Under the pieces are notes generated by a model. The model did not search any database. It saw only the letters and a list, made by a program, of their open reading frames with translations, and was not told where the DNA came from. 64,000 bases of DNA from an uncultured bacterium. GTDB taxonomy: Bacteria > Actinomycetota > Coriobacteriia > Coriobacteriales > Coriobacteriaceae. The translations under genes were made by a program, and so were the position numbers. Numbering within the stretch: position 1 is the stretch's first letter; each line of letters starts with the position of its first letter. This document shows positions 59,794 to 64,000 of the stretch, piece by piece. The stretch is taken from positions 16,345-80,344 of the forward strand of contig CAJMMF010000005.1 of the NCBI GenBank assembly GCA_905214385.1, given 5' to 3'.

Positions 59794-62700
59794 ATGGCGA
59801 ACACCCAGAACTATATTAACCACCTGCTGCAGAACACCGGCATCACGCCGGCATGCAGCGAAGAAGAGCGCTTGGCTGCCGAGGATATCGCTCAGATCTT
59901 CCGCACCCACGGCTTTGATCCCGAGGTTCAGGAGTTCAATGCCCCGGCGCCCAGCAGGTTGGCATTTGCCGTTACCGGTATTCTTGCGTTTGCCGGCGCC
60001 CTGCTGATGGGCATCGGCGGCGGCATCGGCTTGGTCGGCACCTTGCTGGCCATTGTCGGTGCCGTTCTTTACGTGCTCGAGCGCACGGGCCACCCCGTGG
60101 TTTCGCGCCTGGGCAAGACGGGCGTGAGCCAAAATGTCATCGCCTACCACAAGGCCTCGGGCCCGCTCGCGTCTCCGCGCAACCGCCCGGTGGTCGTTGT
60201 CGCACACTACGACTCTCCCCGTGCTGAGCTGCTCGCCCGCGAGCCCTATGCTTCGTATCGTGCGCTCATCGCCAAGCTGTTGCCCGTTGCCACGGTTGCC
60301 CCTGCTGCCGTTGCCATCTTGCGTATCCTGCCGCTCCCCGGCGCGCTCAAGGTTCTGCTGTGGATTGTCGCGATCCTCGCTTCCCTCGTTGCGCTCGCCA
60401 ACGCGGCAAACATCATTTCTAACCGTTTTGTGCTTCCCTATACGTCCGGCGCAGTGTGCAACAAGTCTTCTGTCGCCGCTATGCTCGGCGTTATGGACAA
60501 CGTTGCTCCCTTCCAGGGCGAAAACGAGTTTCCCGACGATGTTCCGTTCGATACCTATTTTGGGGAGCAGAAGCGTCGTGCCGAGGAGATGGCGCGCGCA
60601 GCAGCGGAGTATGCCGCGGCCCAACAGCAAAACGACTACGGCAACACCATCGAGTATGAAGAGCCTACCTACGCCGAGGACGAGTTCGGTCAGCCGATTG
60701 CTCCCGACGCTCAGACCGAGCCCGAACAGGGCGAGGCTTTCGACGAGCAGATCGAGGGCTTTGAGGGTGCGTCTGCCGACGAGACGCTGATTGGCGCCAT
60801 CGTGCCCGAGGATCAGAATCAGGCTGTCCAGGCCGAAGAGTTCAATGACGAGGTTCCCACTGCCGAGCCGGCGGAGGAGCCTGTCGCGGCCGAGCCCGAG
60901 CCCAAGCTCTATCGCAATGCCGCCGGCAACATCCGCTTTGGTTCGGATGCCATCCGTGCGCTCGGGATGCTTCCCGAGTCCTGCACGCTCGATTACGAGG
61001 AGGGCGAGGAGCCGACGTTTGAGCCCGAGCCTGCCCCCGTCGTGACTGCACCTGCGCCCGCCGTCACCGTGGATGATGAGTCTGCCGCGGTTACCGCTGC
61101 CGTTGCCGAGCCCGAGGCGGTGTCCGCGATCGATCCCGCGGCAGGACTGGACATTTTGGCCCCCGCCGCGCCGGCGCAAGACGTTGCGGACGAGCCTGAC
61201 GACGATTACGTTGAACAGCCGAGGCGCGTGTCTTACGAGAGCGATACTGATTTTTCGGCCGAGATTCCCGCGGCAACGCCCCATGCCGATATTGCATCCG
61301 CGTTCTCTTCGATTGGCGCCAGTGCTTCCAACTTCTTTAAGGGTGCGCTTGCAAAGGGCAAGAAATTTGTCGACGATTTCGAGGAGAAGCGCGCTGCCGC
61401 ACGCGAGGCTGCCGAGCAGGAGGCTATCGCTCAGCAGCAGGCAGCCGAGGCGGCACGTGAGCGCGCGGCGCAAGAGCTCGAGCAGAACGAGGCTATGCAG
61501 TCCGTGCCCGTCGACGCTGCCGAAGCTACAACGTCCTTTGAGTCCCAGCAACCGGCGTCCACGGATGTTGTTGAGGCGACGACGTCTTTCGAGGCTCAGC
61601 AGCACGTCGATAGCACCATGTCGTTTGATGCCGCGCAGTTCGATTCCACGATAACGTTTGAAAAGCAAGGCACCGCGATTGCCGAGCCCCTTCCTGTTTC
61701 CGATGAGCAGGGCGACGCGGCAGACGATGACGAGCCCATTGATGCTGCCGAAATTCAGGATGCTGCCGAGGACGAGTCCGTCGAGGCCAACTCTGACGAA
61801 GAGCAATACGCGGCAGCCGATCAAGGTGATTCGGCCGAGGTCGAGCAGGAGGAGGTGCCTGCGGTTTCCGAGACTCCCGAGACGGATGAGTCGAGGCCTT
61901 ACTCCACGCAGATTTTCACCATGCCGACCCCGAGTGGTTCCGGTGCCACGGTTGCCAATGTCGCTCCCACCCAGGACGAAACGGTCGATTCCCTTATGGC
62001 CCAGATTTCCTCCCAAGCATCGCCGCGTCCGCAGATGAATGTTCCCGATCCGGCGTCGGCACCGTCGCCTGCACCCTCCTCGTCTCCGCTGGCTTCGGTC
62101 CCCGATCCGTCGCTGCCGTCGATGAAGCAGACAAACGTTGCGTCTCGCACGTCGCTGTTCGACCTTCCCGATCCCTCCGCACAGGTCAACGACCCCTTTG
62201 CTACCGCCCAGGGTCCCGAACCGACATCGGCACCCGTTGCGCCTCCTATGCCCGTTGCGTCGGGCGCACAGCCGATCGAGACCATTTCGGCTCCCGCCCC
62301 TGCGGCACCCAAGTCTCGCAAGCGCGGCCTGGGCGGCCTGTTCGGTCGTAAAAAGAAAAACGAACAGGACAGCATGAGTGACTGGCTGGGCGTCGAAGAC
62401 GATTACGATGCCAAGAAGTCCGGTCGCGGCATCGGTTCGTGGGATAATTTCGAGGACGATAACGATGGCTGGAAGGGCGGCGCTACGTCTTCCGACGGCG
62501 CTTCTTCCGAAGATATGCTCTCGGCTGTCGCCTCTATGGGCGACGATGAGCTGCTCGGTCACGATATCTGGTTTGTGGCAACGGGCGCCTCGGATTGTGA
62601 TGGCGCCGGTATGAAGGCCTTCTTGGCTTCGCATCGCGATAAGCTCCGCGGCGTATTCTTCATCAATCTTGAATCCGTCGGCGCCGGTAGGCTTTCGGTG

Positions 62701-62991
62701 GTGACGGTTGAGGGCGAACAGCAGCTGCTCAAGGGCGATCGCCGCATCATGAACCTGGTCAGCAAGGTGTGCAAGTCGTTCCATGTCGATTGTGGCGCGC
62801 TCGAGATGCCCTATGCCAAGACCGATGCCTATGCCGCGCTCGAGGCGAGCCGCCGAGCCCTCACCATCGCCGGCGTGGACGGCACGCGCCTGGCTTGTGC
62901 TCGTACCGAGGACGACCTGCCCCACAATGTCAACCCGACGAACATTGCCACGGTATCCGAGGTCGTGACCGAGGTTATCCGCCGTTCGTAG
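59794..62991 (+). CDS. large membrane protein: split, degenerate M28-peptidase-like domain interrupted by TM helices and a ~650-aa acidic disordered region
   Basis: The ATG at 59794 follows GTGGAG. M28-like blocks are SEEERLAAEDIAQIFRTHGFDPEVQEF, NVIAYHK...VVVAHYDSPR, SGAVCNKSSVAAMLG, IWFVATGASDCDGAGMKAFL, VFFINLESVGAG and ARTEDDLPHNV. Several TM helices lie between blocks. A D/E/A/P/Q-rich low-complexity segment spans about 60520-62500. Confidence 0.7.
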   Translation: MANTQNYINHLLQNTGITPACSEEERLAAEDIAQIFRTHGFDPEVQEFNAPAPSRLAFAVTGILAFAGALLMGIGGGIGLVGTLLAIVGAVLYVLERTGHPVVSRLGKTGVSQNVIAYHKASGPLASPRNRPVVVVAHYDSPRAELLAREPYASYRALIAKLLPVATVAPAAVAILRILPLPGALKVLLWIVAILASLVALANAANIISNRFVLPYTSGAVCNKSSVAAMLGVMDNVAPFQGENEFPDDVPFDTYFGEQKRRAEEMARAAAEYAAAQQQNDYGNTIEYEEPTYAEDEFGQPIAPDAQTEPEQGEAFDEQIEGFEGASADETLIGAIVPEDQNQAVQAEEFNDEVPTAEPAEEPVAAEPEPKLYRNAAGNIRFGSDAIRALGMLPESCTLDYEEGEEPTFEPEPAPVVTAPAPAVTVDDESAAVTAAVAEPEAVSAIDPAAGLDILAPAAPAQDVADEPDDDYVEQPRRVSYESDTDFSAEIPAATPHADIASAFSSIGASASNFFKGALAKGKKFVDDFEEKRAAAREAAEQEAIAQQQAAEAARERAAQELEQNEAMQSVPVDAAEATTSFESQQPASTDVVEATTSFEAQQHVDSTMSFDAAQFDSTITFEKQGTAIAEPLPVSDEQGDAADDDEPIDAAEIQDAAEDESVEANSDEEQYAAADQGDSAEVEQEEVPAVSETPETDESRPYSTQIFTMPTPSGSGATVANVAPTQDETVDSLMAQISSQASPRPQMNVPDPASAPSPAPSSSPLASVPDPSLPSMKQTNVASRTSLFDLPDPSAQVNDPFATAQGPEPTSAPVAPPMPVASGAQPIETISAPAPAAPKSRKRGLGGLFGRKKKNEQDSMSDWLGVEDDYDAKKSGRGIGSWDNFEDDNDGWKGGATSSDGASSEDMLSAVASMGDDELLGHDIWFVATGASDCDGAGMKAFLASHRDKLRGVFFINLESVGAGRLSVVTVEGEQQLLKGDRRIMNLVSKVCKSFHVDCGALEMPYAKTDAYAALEASRRALTIAGVDGTRLACARTEDDLPHNVNPTNIATVSEVVTEVIRRS

Positions 62992-63012
62992 ACGGAGCTC
63001 TAAGGAGTCAAC

Positions 63013-63231
63013 GTGTTTTCGTATATTAAGCGCCATTGGCCTGTCTACGTGATTTTGACCTTGATTGCCATTGCGTTAGGGTTTGGAGCTGCCTACATCG
63101 TGGGCGCGAAGGGCTCGACCCCCGCCTCCGCAATCAGCGAAGAGGTGGAGCAAGAACAGAGCACGGGCGCCGATGGGATTCCTGAGTCCGAGCAGGCAAT
63201 CGTTGATGGTGGATCTTCGTCTGCAGAGTAG
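63013..63231 (+). CDS. small single-TM protein, function unknown
   Basis: 72 aa. The GTG start lies 5 nt after AAGGAG. The TM helix is VYVILTLIAIALGFGAAYIV, followed by an acidic tail. Confidence 0.5.
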   Translation: MFSYIKRHWPVYVILTLIAIALGFGAAYIVGAKGSTPASAISEEVEQEQSTGADGIPESEQAIVDGGSSSAE

Positions 63232-63252
63232 ATACGGCGATTTAGATGATTG

Positions 63253-63290
63253 AAAGCGGGCGAGCCGGGGGACTGGCTCGCCCGCTTTTT
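63253..63290 (+). terminator. intrinsic terminator shared by convergent genes
   Basis: AAAGCGGGCGAGCC-GGGGGACT-GGCTCGCCCGCTTT followed by TT. Confidence 0.75.
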
Positions 63291-63297
63291 CATCGCG

Positions 63298-64000
63298 CTA
63301 GCGCTTCTTTGGGATTGACCTAAGGCGAGCGAACCATAGGGCTGCGGCACCCGAGGTCAGGAGCGCGGTGATGCAAGCGGCGATGGGAGCTGATCCTGTT
63401 GCCGGTAGGTCCTGCGGTAGGGTACAGCGTTGAATGACACGGTCCTCGTCATGTGACTCAAGTTTATCGCCGCCGCCGTTGCGGCAAAGATCGACGCGTG
63501 CGCTGTTGGTGAGTGCAGTTTGAGGTGTGTAAGCCGACGTTGCCTGCATGTGCACGACTGCGCCCCGAGCATCTGTGCCAAGGATTGCTTTGGCATCGTC
63601 AAGGTCGTCGTGCTCATCTTTGAGATCATCGCGGGTCCAAGAATCCGTATCGCTTCGAGTCGTAAAGTCGGCGGCTACCGCACCGTATTCAATGCGAATG
63701 CCCGTTACGACGGTATTGGATGCAAGGTCGAGTTCTTTCGCCTCGAGTGTGGCGGATTCCGTGGTCGAGACATCCGCCTTCCAGAGGTGCCAGCCGTCGT
63801 AATCGACGAGGCGGCAATCTTCACCCAGACTCTCTTTTACTTCGTCGGACTCAAGCCAAGGATTTTCGTGCCCATCGTCAAGCGTCGCGTTTGCCGGCTC
63901 ATCGACGTCTGTCGAGTCCAACGGCGTCGTGCGATACCACACGTTGCACAGACCGTTGAGGTCGCCGATGGCGACGGGGGTTTCGATTGAGACGAATCTC
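63298..64000 (-). CDS. LPXTG-anchored surface protein, C-terminal part (gene continues past the right edge)
   Basis: The sorting signal is LPATG, followed by a hydrophobic stretch and RLRSIPKKR. The frame stays open upstream of the ORF-track GTG (63942) to position 64000 (hand translation ...ETPVAIGDLNGLCNVWYR...). Confidence 0.75.
   Translation of the reverse strand, partial: RFVSIETPVAIGDLNGLCNVWYRTTPLDSTDVDEPANATLDDGHENPWLESDEVKESLGEDCRLVDYDGWHLWKADVSTTESATLEAKELDLASNTVVTGIRIEYGAVAADFTTRSDTDSWTRDDLKDEHDDLDDAKAILGTDARGAVVHMQATSAYTPQTALTNSARVDLCRNGGGDKLESHDEDRVIQRCTLPQDLPATGSAPIAACITALLTSGAAALWFARLRSIPKKR

Noticed and set aside
59743-63036. 1097-aa minus-strand ORF opposite the M28-like gene
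   Set aside because: The sequence is Arg/Gly-rich nonsense. The plus-strand frame carries a good SD, TM helices and recognisable M28 blocks, so the minus-strand ORF is a shadow.

Overview
This 64-kb window comes from a high-GC Gram-positive chromosome. Gene content and order suggest Actinomycetota, probably a Coriobacteriia-like organism, but that is inference only. The window spans the replication origin. The core is rpmH-rnpA-yidD-yidC-jag-rsmG-parA-parB on the plus strand, diverging from dnaA-dnaN-recF-DUF721(DciA-type)-gyrB-gyrA on the minus strand. DnaA-box clusters lie on both sides of dnaA, an AT-rich unwinding candidate lies beside dnaN, and three perfect parS sites sit upstream of parA. 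The left arm is mostly minus strand. It carries a class B sortase, purE, a 2137-aa wall-anchored GH31 multidomain glycosidase, MarR, a mannose-family PTS with a GntR/HutC regulator, carAB, an ABC exporter, a NUDIX gene, purD, purA, dnaB, rplI-rpsR-ssb-rpsF, two tRNA-Ser genes, typA, a bifunctional-nuclease operon and tRNA-Ile. The right arm carries rlmN, ddl, an exonuclease-DinG helicase, a tandem WYL (PafB/PafC-like) regulator pair, a very large membrane M28-like pseudo-peptidase and a truncated LPATG surface protein. No CRISPR array, transposase, integrase or rRNA was seen. The most unusual items are: (1) a GHKL-ATPase / Q-rich / winged-helix gene inside the bipartite origin, 15 nt upstream of dnaA; (2) three families of long intergenic palindromic elements, one with compensatory stem changes around an identical loop; (3) an inverted 25-nt copy of a tRNA-Ser 3' end followed by a hairpin-rich orphan region; (4) a lower-GC rsmG-parAB cassette bounded by two terminators; (5) a split, degenerate M28 domain interrupted by TM helices and a ~650-aa acidic disordered insert. 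All coordinates and motifs were read by hand. No database searches or folding calculations were run.
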